From: Candidatus Pacearchaeota archaeon
Lineage (GTDB): Archaea; Nanobdellota; Nanobdellia; Pacearchaeales; GW2011-AR1
Assembly: GCA_038740375.1 (NCBI GenBank)
Contig: JAVYLW010000002.1
Location: 81,877-145,876 of the forward strand
Length of the DNA stretch: 64,000 nucleotides
Reading direction: 5' to 3'
Shown: positions 1 through 9,828 of the stretch, one piece after another
Layout of the letters: the number at the start of each line of letters is the position of its first letter
Position numbering within the stretch: the stretch's first letter is position 1
Position numbers and translations under genes: made by a program
The notes under the pieces: generated by a model
Seen by the model: only the letters and a program-made list of their open reading frames with translations
Database searches by the model: none
Told to the model about the DNA's origin: nothing

Positions 1-49
1 CTATAAGATAAATAGTATTTTTAAAATATTTATAATTTAATAACTAACA

Positions 50-538
50 TTAAATTTTTTCATATTCAAGAACCCTTAAAGATTTTGGATAAATTAAAAT
101 CATTTTGTTTTCTTTTATGTTTCCAAAAACTTTATCATAAATAATTTCCTTTTCTTGTTCGTAATCGTAAAATATTATTTTATCATTCTCAACTCTATAA
201 TATCCTTCTTCAAATATTCCACCACCATTAAAAGAATAATATTTTCCATTTTCTTTAAACTCTATCGTAGAATTTTCTACATATTCAGATTTAACACTTT
301 TAATTTCTTCCATAACAACTCTCCATTTTCCCAAAACAGCTTCTTTAGAAATATTTCCAATAAATCTTTCGCTATTCATAATCCTGCTATTTGCTAAATC
401 TTCATCTAAAGTATAAGGATTTTCCCCAGATAATCTAGGAACACGTTTTGAAGAATTTATTTTAGAAAAATAAAAAAATATAAATAAAAATAATGCCATA
501 ATTATAATGATTAAAAAAAATTTAAATATATTTCTCAT
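50..538 (-). CDS. Small membrane-anchored protein with a lipocalin-like beta domain (hypothetical)
   Basis: 162-aa ORF. N-terminal hydrophobic helix (FFLIIIIMALFLFIFFYF), then a GKWRVV...TIEFKENGKYY...GYYRVENDKIIF pattern reminiscent of small lipocalin-like domains. Lies 60 nt downstream of the giant ORF on the same strand. Family call by eye only. Confidence 0.45.
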   Translation of the reverse strand: MRNIFKFFLIIIIMALFLFIFFYFSKINSSKRVPRLSGENPYTLDEDLANSRIMNSERFIGNISKEAVLGKWRVVMEEIKSVKSEYVENSTIEFKENGKYYSFNGGGIFEEGYYRVENDKIIFYDYEQEKEIIYDKVFGNIKENKMILIYPKSLRVLEYEKI

Positions 539-598
539 CTTCTATTTTTCCTTCCTTTATATCCTTATATTCTTAAATTTATATATTTATCTTAACAA

Positions 599-3500
599 TT
601 AAGATTTTTCTTTATTTTCAATAATTAGATTAGGAGAACCTTTTCTAACCCATGAGAGCCATTCTTTACTTAATTGATTTAAATCCATATCATAATATTT
701 TTTTAAAGCAGAATTATAATCGTTTGTGTTTAAAAATTCTTCCATAAAATCGAATAATCTTTTTTTTCCATTACAAGGTTCTTTTATTTCTCCTAATTGA
801 TACAAATAATCTACAATACTATATCCCTGTGCATATAAAGGAAGAATGTCTGAAGGATAATCATACATCTCAAAAAGACGGGAAACAGTAATTCCTCTAT
901 TAGTTCTTAAAAAAGTATGAAGCATTAAATATAACTCGCTTTTTCTAGAAGTAGATTCAACATGTGATGAAACTCCTTCATTAAACCATATAGGAATTTG
1001 TTTTCCAAAATAAATTGCTGTAATAATATGTTGAACTTCGTGAGGTATAGTATCTTTAATTAATCCTTCATAACCTCCTTCAAGCGACATCTTAAACATA
1101 ATAGGGCCTTCTTTTTTATCTATTAAAAAACTTGTAGAACCACCGCTGCTTACTTTATTACCTAAATTATTTCTTAAAATAACTTCTACAGGACATAGTT
1201 TTTCAAATTTTGGATACTCTCTTCCAATAAGCTCAACAGCAAAAAAACATTTCCAATATTCCAAATGCCATGCAAATAAGCAAGCATTATCACTATTATC
1301 TTTTACAATAAAATTAGGTGTCTTATAAACATTAGTTCTCTCACATTCATTAACTTTATCTATATATTTTTTACAAATTTGAGCTGCATTCTCAAAACAA
1401 TCAACATTTTTTTTAGAAGAAACTTCTAAACATTCTCCACAAATTCCTTCTCCTGTATTTTTATCTTCATAACAACAACCATCAAATAATAAATCCTTTG
1501 AATTTTTTAAGTGACAATCTGGAAGACTATCTTTTAAGTCCTTACATTCTTGAACATTTTTAAGTATATAATCTCTAATAAAAATTTCAAGTTCATTTAA
1601 ATTAGTAGGATTTGATATTTTATTTCCAAATTTATCAACAACTAATACTGTAGATGAATAACCTGAGATTTTATTAAGAAGCATATTATCATAATAATAA
1701 TTAATTAAAGGTTGATTTAAAGGATTTTCTTGATTTTTTATATTTATATTAAATAGTAGAACATTGTAAGTATTTGCAATTTTTACTAATCTACTGTATA
1801 CTGGATTTACATTTTGATAAAAATGTAAAATAGCTATACATGAACGATAATTCTTTTCAGGAAATTTTTGAAGGTTATATTTAATAGTTTCTTCCATAAA
1901 TTTTTTACCTTTTTCTAAATTATCTTCATTAGAAGAAGTTACTTCATTTACGTCAAGATAATTACTAAAACCTAAATTCTGTTTACACCATTTCTCTCCA
2001 AATGTCTCGATCGCAAAATCTTTTAATTTATCATCTATAATACTGTTCAATTTATTAAGAGCATCTTCTCTTGGATTTTTACTTCCTAATCTTCTTAATT
2101 GAGCTTCTTCTGCATCAATAGCTCTTTTCAAAGCAAAAACAAGATAGCTTCTGAATATTGAACCACTTTCGCTGTTCCAATAATTGCAATCATAGGTTTT
2201 AATTGCTTTTGCAAGAGCAAGGGAATAAACCACAAAATCACAAAGACGCAGAGATATAACCTCAGATTTTAGACTAATACTATTTTCTAAATTACTAACA
2301 TAAATAGCTCCGTTTGTATATGCATTTAACTCATCAAGAATAAAAAAAGGATCATCATACCAATTATTAAAGAATCCTACCTTTTCTAAACCTCCTCTAG
2401 TAAACGAATAAGTAATTAAATTTGGTTTAATATAAACGTCATAAGAACTTGAACGTGAAGCTGAAATCTTCATTTTATCTGGAATAAACTCGTCAACATT
2501 CTTTACATTTAAATTAGAAGGTTTATTAATCAAAACAAATTTTCCACCAAAAAGATAAAAAGCACTAACTTTTTTATTACCTCTACTGAATTGATTTCTC
2601 AGTTTAGAATTAATTGCATGAGTAGTTTCATGAACAGTACTCCTCTCATCTGAATATTTATAACCTAAATTTACTTCATAATTTTCTTTATCTTGAAACG
2701 TTGCTAAATAATTTTTATAATAATATCTAACATCTTCAATTTCAGTTAAAAGTTTATTAGGATCCTGCCCAAAAGATGATATTTGAAAAGATTTAACAGA
2801 ATCTCTCGATACTGGAATGCACTTTTTATTATCTGTTAGAGAGTTTTGTTGAGGAATAACTGAAATCACTGAATCTTTTTTATTTTCGCTGTCACTACTA
2901 ATATCTGAATTAGGAATTTTTGAATTCTGAATTTCAAGAAGGTAACTTTTTTTATAAACACAAATTCCTCCAGTATCAAAAGAGTGTGGTAATGTTAAAC
3001 ATTCGTTACATTCATCACATTTACCACAGTCTACTTCTTCAGCATCTTGAGAAGAACTAAATTTCCATTTTCCACATAAATTATAATCAGTTTTTTTAAT
3101 AACATCCAATCTATGAAGAGTTCTTAAAGTTTCTTTTTTAAAATTATCATCACAATATTTTTTGGAAGATTCTATTTTTTCAGAACAGATGGATGCAGGA
3201 TTAGTTCTTGTATCAACAGAACCTGGAGGCATAGGAGAACACTGCTCTAAAGAAATTTTTTTAGAGCATTTCTCTCCTTTATCGTTAAGACATCTTGCAT
3301 CTCCGTTATTATCTTTTTTACAACTACAAGGAGGATTATAATTATTAAAACAGTCATCAATCTCTTCTTTATATATAGATTTACATTCTTTAGAGATAGC
3401 ATCACAAATTTCAACTATCTTTAAAACTTTAGATCCATCTTCTGAACAATAATTTCCTTTATTATTTTGTTCTTCTAAATACTGATTAGTCTTACTAGTA

Positions 3501-5863
3501 TCAGGCTCAACAGGAACAAGTTTACCTAGAGGAATAGGAGATTGATTAGGACTAGGATTAAGTGGTTCAACAGGAACAAGTTTACCTAGAGGAATAGGAG
3601 ATTGATTAGGACTAGGATTAAGTGGTTCAACAGGAACAAGTTTACCTAGAGGAATAGGAGATTGATTAGGACTAGGATTAAGCGGTTCAACAGGTTTAGT
3701 AGTTTCTTTTTTTTCAACACATCTTGAATCTGAATTAGCTTGATTAATCGCAGATTTTAACATTTGTTCTAATATAGCATAAGTAGTTGCTCCAACAACT
3801 TTATTTATATACCACTTCCGGCTTCCTTGCGGAATATCAAGCGGTAATCTAGTCTTAACATCTTGAACAATTGAAATAAAAGTCGGAACTGCACTCACTC
3901 CCCATTGATTTACAAAATTCTTATCAACGTCAAAATTAAATTTTACAACTTTATACCCTTTTTGAGCAAGCTCATCAACAATAGGTGTCATTTTCTTACA
4001 AGGTCCGCACCAATCAGCAGAAAAATATAAGAGAACACCTCTACAAATCGACTGTTGATCATTAGATAAAGGATTAACTTGAGCAAGTTCTGTTGATTCT
4101 TCATCAAATTCACTTATACTTTTTCCATAAGGCATATTAATAAAATTATCTTCATCTCTAAATTCAAAAACACTAAAAAATCTTTTAATAAACTCTTTTA
4201 TTCTTTCAAAGAGACTATAATTTAATTTATCTGAATCACTTTTATCTTCAGAAACAGGAGTTTCAATAATTTCATAAAAAGGCATATAACAAATCGGACA
4301 TTCTCGAATATTATATAAAGTTAGAATCTCTTGAAATTTTATATAAAATTGTCTTGGAACACATTTCCCTGTTTTTCCATTACTTTCATTTATAATAAGA
4401 CCATTTTCACTTAAACAAATTTCCTCACCATCGCACTCACAAAAAATTTCTTCATCTTTTCCATCTTTATCCTTGCAATCAGTTTTATAATTACCGCATA
4501 ATGCCTTATCATTTTCTCTTATGTTATTACAATTCTTTTTATAACAAATAGTATTTTCAGAGTCTACAGTAGTAAACTTTCTAACACAAGAACTATAATC
4601 AAATTTACATTCTTTCGTACATTTTAATATTCCGTTAATCAGATTAAATGAAGAACAACTTTTACCATCTAAATCATTTCCATCACATTCCTCATTTTCT
4701 TCTTTAATATTATTTCCACATACAGAATAACAATCAATATCATAAATGTCAGTTAAACCATCACAATCATTATCTTTATTATCATTACATGTTATCTCTC
4801 TAATCTTTTCATAGTCATTTCCATAATTACATTCACTCCATATTCCATTTAAACATTTCTGTAAAGCTCCTTTGCAAACACCTTTATCTAAAGGACAATT
4901 TATTTCTTCTTTTTCATTATAAGAACAAGGGCATCCTTCATCAATACTTCCATCACAATCATTATCAAACTCATCACATATTTCATCTAAACTAGGATTA
5001 ATATTCTCATCATAATCATTGCAATCAAAATTGTTATAAGAATATCCAAAAGGAAAAAATATTCCTGCACATATATTTGTTTCTTCTCCTGCTCCATAAC
5101 CATCGTTATCTAAATCTTCATACAGATTATACCATAAAGAAAATCTATTTTTATCATTATCATTACAATCTTTATTATTTAAAACATAACCTCTAGGTCT
5201 TTTACAGGCTTTGATATAATCTTCAGGATTTCCAAATCCATCACCATCATTATCTTTAAAATAAATAATTCCTTCAATACATTTCCCAAAACAACATAGT
5301 CCATCATAACAATCTGATTCATCAGGAACATTTGAATATATACATCCACTATTAGGATCACATGAATCATAAGTACAATCATTATAATCGTTACAATCAA
5401 TTAAAGTTCCAGAACATATTCCATTATTACACTTATCATCTTTGGTACAGAGATTATTATCGTCGCAGGTATTTGAATCTTCATCTATTAAACATATTCC
5501 ATTTCCATAGCCTGTTCCATAACCACTAGAATCAGAACATTTTAAACATTGTTTACAGTTATCTTTTCCGTTAACAACATAACAAGGTTCTCCAAATTCT
5601 TTATTTTCTTTAAAGTTAATGTAAATTTTTTCTTTTAATCCAAAAAATTCATAGAAAGCTCTAATTGGAGTAAGAAATAAATTATAAATTTCTCCATTAA
5701 CTTCTTTTTTTTCATCAAAAATTCCATCATCTTTTAAATAAAAAAATAAAATAAAAGATAAAAAAAGATAAGTGATAAAAAATAAAATTAAAACAAAAAA
5801 TATATAAAAATATAACTTTTTATTATTCATATATCTTAAGATTGTTTTATTCCTCTTTTTCAT
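599..5863 (-). CDS. Giant (1754 aa) membrane-anchored multidomain surface protein: Cys/Asp-rich repeats + thioredoxin domain + Pro-rich tandem linker + two HExxH (zincin-like) modules
   Basis: Uninterrupted 5265-nt ORF with an N-terminal TM helix (YFYIFFVLILFFITYLFLSFILFFYL). Residues ~90-520 contain MopE-type repeats (CNDYDENINPSLDEICDEFDNDCDGSIDEGC; CNDNKDNDCDGLTD) and a myxococcal-type Cys repeat (VCGNNIKEENEECDGNDLDGKSC). Thioredoxin motif LLYFSADWCGPCKKM...VPTF, with WCGPC at nt 3998-4012. Three copies of VEPLNPSPNQSPIPLGKLVP. VHETTHAI (HExxH, nt 2618-2632). C-terminal PHEVQHIITAIYFGKQIPIWFNEGVSSHVES (nt 1028-1042) matches the peptidase-MA-like pattern HExxH...WxxEG. Confidence 0.8.
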   Translation of the reverse strand: MKKRNKTILRYMNNKKLYFYIFFVLILFFITYLFLSFILFFYLKDDGIFDEKKEVNGEIYNLFLTPIRAFYEFFGLKEKIYINFKENKEFGEPCYVVNGKDNCKQCLKCSDSSGYGTGYGNGICLIDEDSNTCDDNNLCTKDDKCNNGICSGTLIDCNDYNDCTYDSCDPNSGCIYSNVPDESDCYDGLCCFGKCIEGIIYFKDNDGDGFGNPEDYIKACKRPRGYVLNNKDCNDNDKNRFSLWYNLYEDLDNDGYGAGEETNICAGIFFPFGYSYNNFDCNDYDENINPSLDEICDEFDNDCDGSIDEGCPCSYNEKEEINCPLDKGVCKGALQKCLNGIWSECNYGNDYEKIREITCNDNKDNDCDGLTDIYDIDCYSVCGNNIKEENEECDGNDLDGKSCSSFNLINGILKCTKECKFDYSSCVRKFTTVDSENTICYKKNCNNIRENDKALCGNYKTDCKDKDGKDEEIFCECDGEEICLSENGLIINESNGKTGKCVPRQFYIKFQEILTLYNIRECPICYMPFYEIIETPVSEDKSDSDKLNYSLFERIKEFIKRFFSVFEFRDEDNFINMPYGKSISEFDEESTELAQVNPLSNDQQSICRGVLLYFSADWCGPCKKMTPIVDELAQKGYKVVKFNFDVDKNFVNQWGVSAVPTFISIVQDVKTRLPLDIPQGSRKWYINKVVGATTYAILEQMLKSAINQANSDSRCVEKKETTKPVEPLNPSPNQSPIPLGKLVPVEPLNPSPNQSPIPLGKLVPVEPLNPSPNQSPIPLGKLVPVEPDTSKTNQYLEEQNNKGNYCSEDGSKVLKIVEICDAISKECKSIYKEEIDDCFNNYNPPCSCKKDNNGDARCLNDKGEKCSKKISLEQCSPMPPGSVDTRTNPASICSEKIESSKKYCDDNFKKETLRTLHRLDVIKKTDYNLCGKWKFSSSQDAEEVDCGKCDECNECLTLPHSFDTGGICVYKKSYLLEIQNSKIPNSDISSDSENKKDSVISVIPQQNSLTDNKKCIPVSRDSVKSFQISSFGQDPNKLLTEIEDVRYYYKNYLATFQDKENYEVNLGYKYSDERSTVHETTHAINSKLRNQFSRGNKKVSAFYLFGGKFVLINKPSNLNVKNVDEFIPDKMKISASRSSSYDVYIKPNLITYSFTRGGLEKVGFFNNWYDDPFFILDELNAYTNGAIYVSNLENSISLKSEVISLRLCDFVVYSLALAKAIKTYDCNYWNSESGSIFRSYLVFALKRAIDAEEAQLRRLGSKNPREDALNKLNSIIDDKLKDFAIETFGEKWCKQNLGFSNYLDVNEVTSSNEDNLEKGKKFMEETIKYNLQKFPEKNYRSCIAILHFYQNVNPVYSRLVKIANTYNVLLFNINIKNQENPLNQPLINYYYDNMLLNKISGYSSTVLVVDKFGNKISNPTNLNELEIFIRDYILKNVQECKDLKDSLPDCHLKNSKDLLFDGCCYEDKNTGEGICGECLEVSSKKNVDCFENAAQICKKYIDKVNECERTNVYKTPNFIVKDNSDNACLFAWHLEYWKCFFAVELIGREYPKFEKLCPVEVILRNNLGNKVSSGGSTSFLIDKKEGPIMFKMSLEGGYEGLIKDTIPHEVQHIITAIYFGKQIPIWFNEGVSSHVESTSRKSELYLMLHTFLRTNRGITVSRLFEMYDYPSDILPLYAQGYSIVDYLYQLGEIKEPCNGKKRLFDFMEEFLNTNDYNSALKKYYDMDLNQLSKEWLSWVRKGSPNLIIENKEKS
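3505..3694 (-). repeat. Near-perfect 60-bp tandem repeat (about 3.2 copies) inside the giant ORF, encoding a 20-aa Pro-rich unit
   Basis: The unit caacaggaacaagtttacctagaggaataggagattgattaggactaggattaag[t/c]ggtt is visible directly in three consecutive sequence lines (3541, 3601, 3661). Only about 2 substitutions occur, at the array edges. Confidence 0.95.
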
Positions 5864-6124
5864 AAATATAATAGATTAAAATAATATAGATAATAGAAAA
5901 AAGTACTATATAAAGCTTTTTTTCAAGAAGATAATTAATAAAAAATTTAAGTTAATTTTATCGTTTTTTAAATAGAATTTAATTAATATATTATTATTTA
6001 GATTAGATATAAATATAAGTAAATCCTGTTCTCAAATATTAAACATTTAAAAAAATCAAATTTCTTATTTATGAATTTCTTATTATAAAAATAATTATAA
6101 AGATAAGATAATGTTTATTTTTTT

Positions 6125-7264
6125 ATGAAAAAAGAGAAATCTCTTGAATTAAGTATAATTTTACCTTGTAGAAATGAAGAAAAAGCTCTTTCAAAGTGTT
6201 TAAGTTCTATTAAAGAAGTAATTGCTAAAAATAATATCAACGCAGAAATAATAGTTTCTGATTCATCAACTGATAGAAGCCCACAGATAGCAAAAAAGCA
6301 CGGAGTAATACTAGTTAAACATAATAAGATAGGATACGGAACAGCAATTCTAGAAGGACTTAAAGTAGCAAAAGGAAATTACATATTAATTTCAGATTCT
6401 GATGGAACTTATGACTTTAATGAAATTCCTAATTTTTTAAAATATCTAAGAGAAGGTTATGATTTTGTTATAGGAAATAGATTTGCTTATTCATTAGATA
6501 AAGACTCTATGCCATGGCTGCATAAATATATAGGCAATCCTTTATTATCAGGAATATTAAGATTTTTTTTTAGAACAAATATAAAAGATTCACATTGTGG
6601 AATGAGAGCTATATCAAAAGAAGCATTAAATAAATTAAACTTAAAAACAACAGGTATGGAATTTGCGTCTGAAATGGTTGTAAAGGTTGTTCAAAATAAA
6701 CTAAAAACAAAAGAAATTCCGATAAAATACTATCCAAGATTAGGAGAATCAAAATTAAATAGCTTCAAAGATGGATGGCGCCATCTAAAATTTATGTTAA
6801 TTTATAGTCCTTTATTTTTATTTTTCATTCCAGGACTGATATTTTTTTTAATAGGAATAGAAACAATGGCATGGCTTTATTTCAGCTCTCCATCAATACT
6901 AGGGATAAAGCTTTATTATCATCCTATGTTTATATCATCAATATTAACAATATTAGGATATCAGCTTATAATTTTTTCATTTTTTTCAAAAATATATTCA
7001 ATAATTCATTTAAATGAAAAAAATGAATTTTTTGAGAGAATAATTAAAAAAATAACATTAGAAAAATCAATCTTAATTGGAACAATAATTTTTATTTTAG
7101 GATTTTTTATATATTTATACATATTTATAAAATGGATAAAAAGTGGATTTGGTTCTTTAAATGAAATTAAAAATTCTATTGTTTCCTTGACTTTAATAAC
7201 ATTAGGAATTCAAACAATATTTTCTTCATTTATGATAAGTATATTATCAATTAAAGAAAAATAA
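6125..7264 (+). CDS. GT2-family glycosyltransferase with C-terminal multi-TM region
   Basis: LSIILPCRNEE...IIVSDSSTDRS...ILISDSDGTYD (GT-A fold with DxD). The C-terminal third has about 4 hydrophobic helices. Confidence 0.75.
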   Translation: MKKEKSLELSIILPCRNEEKALSKCLSSIKEVIAKNNINAEIIVSDSSTDRSPQIAKKHGVILVKHNKIGYGTAILEGLKVAKGNYILISDSDGTYDFNEIPNFLKYLREGYDFVIGNRFAYSLDKDSMPWLHKYIGNPLLSGILRFFFRTNIKDSHCGMRAISKEALNKLNLKTTGMEFASEMVVKVVQNKLKTKEIPIKYYPRLGESKLNSFKDGWRHLKFMLIYSPLFLFFIPGLIFFLIGIETMAWLYFSSPSILGIKLYYHPMFISSILTILGYQLIIFSFFSKIYSIIHLNEKNEFFERIIKKITLEKSILIGTIIFILGFFIYLYIFIKWIKSGFGSLNEIKNSIVSLTLITLGIQTIFSSFMISILSIKEK

Positions 7265-7265
7265 A

Positions 7266-8375
7266 ATGAAAATAGCAATTTTTCATGACTTTTTTGATTC
7301 AATAGGAGGAGGAGAAAAAGTAGCAATAACTCTTGCAAAAGGTTTAAATGCAGACATAATAACCTGCAATTTAAATAAAGAAACAATTTATAAATTAAAA
7401 TGTGAAAAAATTAGATTCTTAAATCTAGTAAATACGCTAAATATACCTCCAGTAAAACAAATACAAGCATCATTATGTTACTCAAAATGTAACTTTTCTA
7501 AAAAATATGATTTTTTTATTTTTTCAGGAAATTGGGCTCCATTTGCAGCAAAAAAACATAAACCAAATTTATATTACTGTCACACTCCTACAAGAGTTTT
7601 TTATGACTATTACAAAAATCAAATGAAACAGCTTAATCTTTATCAAAAACCTCTTTTTTATTTATATGCAAAAATGCATAAATTCTGGACAGAAAAAAAT
7701 TTAAAATACATTGAAAAATTTATAGCAAATAGTGCAAATGTAAAAAAAAGAATCAAAGAATATTTTAAAAAAGATTCTTTAATAATCTTTCCACCAATAG
7801 ATACAAATAAATATTCTTATAAAAAAAGTGAAAACTATTGGCTTTCAGTAAACAGATTATATCCTCATAAAAGAATAGAACTTCAAATTCAAGCATTTAA
7901 AAAATTACCTAAAGAAAAATTAATAATCGTAGGATGGATAGCAAAAGGAGAAGGATGTGAAAAATATTTAAAAAAAATTCTTAAAAATTTGCCAAAGAAT
8001 ATAGAAATAAAAGGAAAAATAGATGAAACAAATCTCTTAGAACTTTATTCTAAATGCAAAGGTCTTATAACCACTTCAAAAGATGAAGATTTTGGAATGA
8101 CTCCAATAGAAGCAATGGCTTCAGGAAAACCTGTGATAGCTCCAAATGAAGGAGGTTATAAAGAAACTATAATAAATGGAAAAACAGGAATATTAATTGA
8201 TAATATTAACGAAGACAAAATAATTGAAGCAATTAAAAGAATAAATCGAGAATTAAATGAAAATCCAAAAAAATACAAGGATAATTGCATTAAACAATCA
8301 AAAAAATTTGATTCAAAAATATTTTTAAAAAAAATAAAAAATGAGATATATAACAGAATAAATAAAGATATTTAA
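7266..8375 (+). CDS. GT4 (GT-B fold, group 1) glycosyltransferase
   Basis: C-terminal signature EDFGMTPIEAMASGKPVIAPNEGGYKETIINGKTGIL. Starts 2 nt after the preceding gene. Confidence 0.75.
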   Translation: MKIAIFHDFFDSIGGGEKVAITLAKGLNADIITCNLNKETIYKLKCEKIRFLNLVNTLNIPPVKQIQASLCYSKCNFSKKYDFFIFSGNWAPFAAKKHKPNLYYCHTPTRVFYDYYKNQMKQLNLYQKPLFYLYAKMHKFWTEKNLKYIEKFIANSANVKKRIKEYFKKDSLIIFPPIDTNKYSYKKSENYWLSVNRLYPHKRIELQIQAFKKLPKEKLIIVGWIAKGEGCEKYLKKILKNLPKNIEIKGKIDETNLLELYSKCKGLITTSKDEDFGMTPIEAMASGKPVIAPNEGGYKETIINGKTGILIDNINEDKIIEAIKRINRELNENPKKYKDNCIKQSKKFDSKIFLKKIKNEIYNRINKDI

Positions 8376-8397
8376 TATATAAATATTTTATAAAAAA

Positions 8398-9552
8398 ATG
8401 AAAATATCTTTTGCAACACCTTATTATATATCAGGAATGGGTATAGAAAATAGAATAACAGAATTAGCAAAGAATCTGCCGAAAGATATTGAAAAAAATA
8501 TTCTATGTCTAGACTATAAAAGAATGCCAAAAAGAGATATTGAACTAAAAAGAATGATTTTACCTTTTAGATTTTTTTCAGCCCATAATCTAACAAAATA
8601 TAATTTTATAAGCAAATATATAACAAAAAAATATTTTTCATTAATATCAAAATCTGATTTGATTGATTGTCAATATTTTCCAATGACCTTATTAAAAGCT
8701 CCAAAAAAAATAATTACATGGCATTCAGTCACGTTTCCTGAATATGCTTTAAATGAAAAAGAAGGAAGAAGATGGAATAAAGAATTCAAGGCAATGATAA
8801 AAGACATGCATAAAACTGATTTAATAGTGCCTGTTAGTAAGTGGGCAGAACAAGAAGTAAAAGAGCATATCCCAAATGCAAAAACAGAAGTAATTTATAA
8901 TGGAGTTGATTTAGACAAATTTAGATTTAAACCTCTTGAATTAAGAAAAAAAAATATACTTGTTGTAGGAAGGTTCACTCCTCATAAAGGATATGAAGAA
9001 GCTATATCAATATATAACGAAGTTATAAAAGAACTTAAAGATCCTGAAATAAATTTGATTATGGCAGGCAGAAATGACAACTTAGATTATTACAATAAAT
9101 TAAAAATTTTTTCGAAAAAATTAGTGGAAAAACAAAAAAATCAGGAAAAGGAAATTTTAAAAAATAAATCAGGAAAAATAAAAAAAAATAAAGAAAATAA
9201 AATAATTTTTTTTGATAATCTTACAGACACTCAAATTATGGCTATTTATCAAAATGCAGATATATTTGTAAGTTGTAGTCATTGGGAAGGATTTGGAATG
9301 CCTTTAATTGAAGCTCAATCTTGCGGACTACCTAGCTTTGCCTATAATATATGTTCACATCCAGAAGTAATAGCAAATAAAAATAATCTTGCTAATGAAA
9401 ATGATATTTGGGATATAGCTGAAAAAATAAAAATTTTATTAACTGATAAGAAAAAGTATAACTTAGAATCTATAAAAGCAAGAAAATTTGCTGAAAATTT
9501 TGATTGGAAGTTGATAACTCAAAAATATCTTTCAACAATTCAAAAGATATAA
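8398..9552 (+). CDS. GT4 (group 1) glycosyltransferase
   Basis: VGRFTPHKG...SHWEGFGMPLIEAQSCGLPSFAY (E-x7-E type motif). Carries a Lys-rich low-complexity insert (KNKSGKIKKNKENK). Confidence 0.7.
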   Translation: MKISFATPYYISGMGIENRITELAKNLPKDIEKNILCLDYKRMPKRDIELKRMILPFRFFSAHNLTKYNFISKYITKKYFSLISKSDLIDCQYFPMTLLKAPKKIITWHSVTFPEYALNEKEGRRWNKEFKAMIKDMHKTDLIVPVSKWAEQEVKEHIPNAKTEVIYNGVDLDKFRFKPLELRKKNILVVGRFTPHKGYEEAISIYNEVIKELKDPEINLIMAGRNDNLDYYNKLKIFSKKLVEKQKNQEKEILKNKSGKIKKNKENKIIFFDNLTDTQIMAIYQNADIFVSCSHWEGFGMPLIEAQSCGLPSFAYNICSHPEVIANKNNLANENDIWDIAEKIKILLTDKKKYNLESIKARKFAENFDWKLITQKYLSTIQKI

Positions 9553-9828
9553 AGAGTATTACTATAAATTAAAATGTAATAATATTCTATGTCTACTAAA
9601 GTGGACAGCTGTCCTTAGTAGCTTAAAATAGGATTGTGGTGTATTTCTTGATTTTCTATATACTTTAGTAAGTTAACCTTTAAATAATTAACACTAACTA
9701 ACCTCTCATAATAAAAACTAGATAAATAATTAGCGAAAAATCCACAGCGAAAAATCCGCACAATTTATCTTCCCCTTAAAGGGACTAAATTTCTTGCTAA
9801 AGATTTAATAATTGTCTTAAAAAATTAT

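Noticed and set aside
3505-3694. I considered whether the 60-bp repeats, or the 81-bp and 42-bp repeats elsewhere, could be a CRISPR array.
   Set aside because: The repeats are directly tandem with no unique spacers. One set is in-frame coding sequence, and no cas genes are present in the window.
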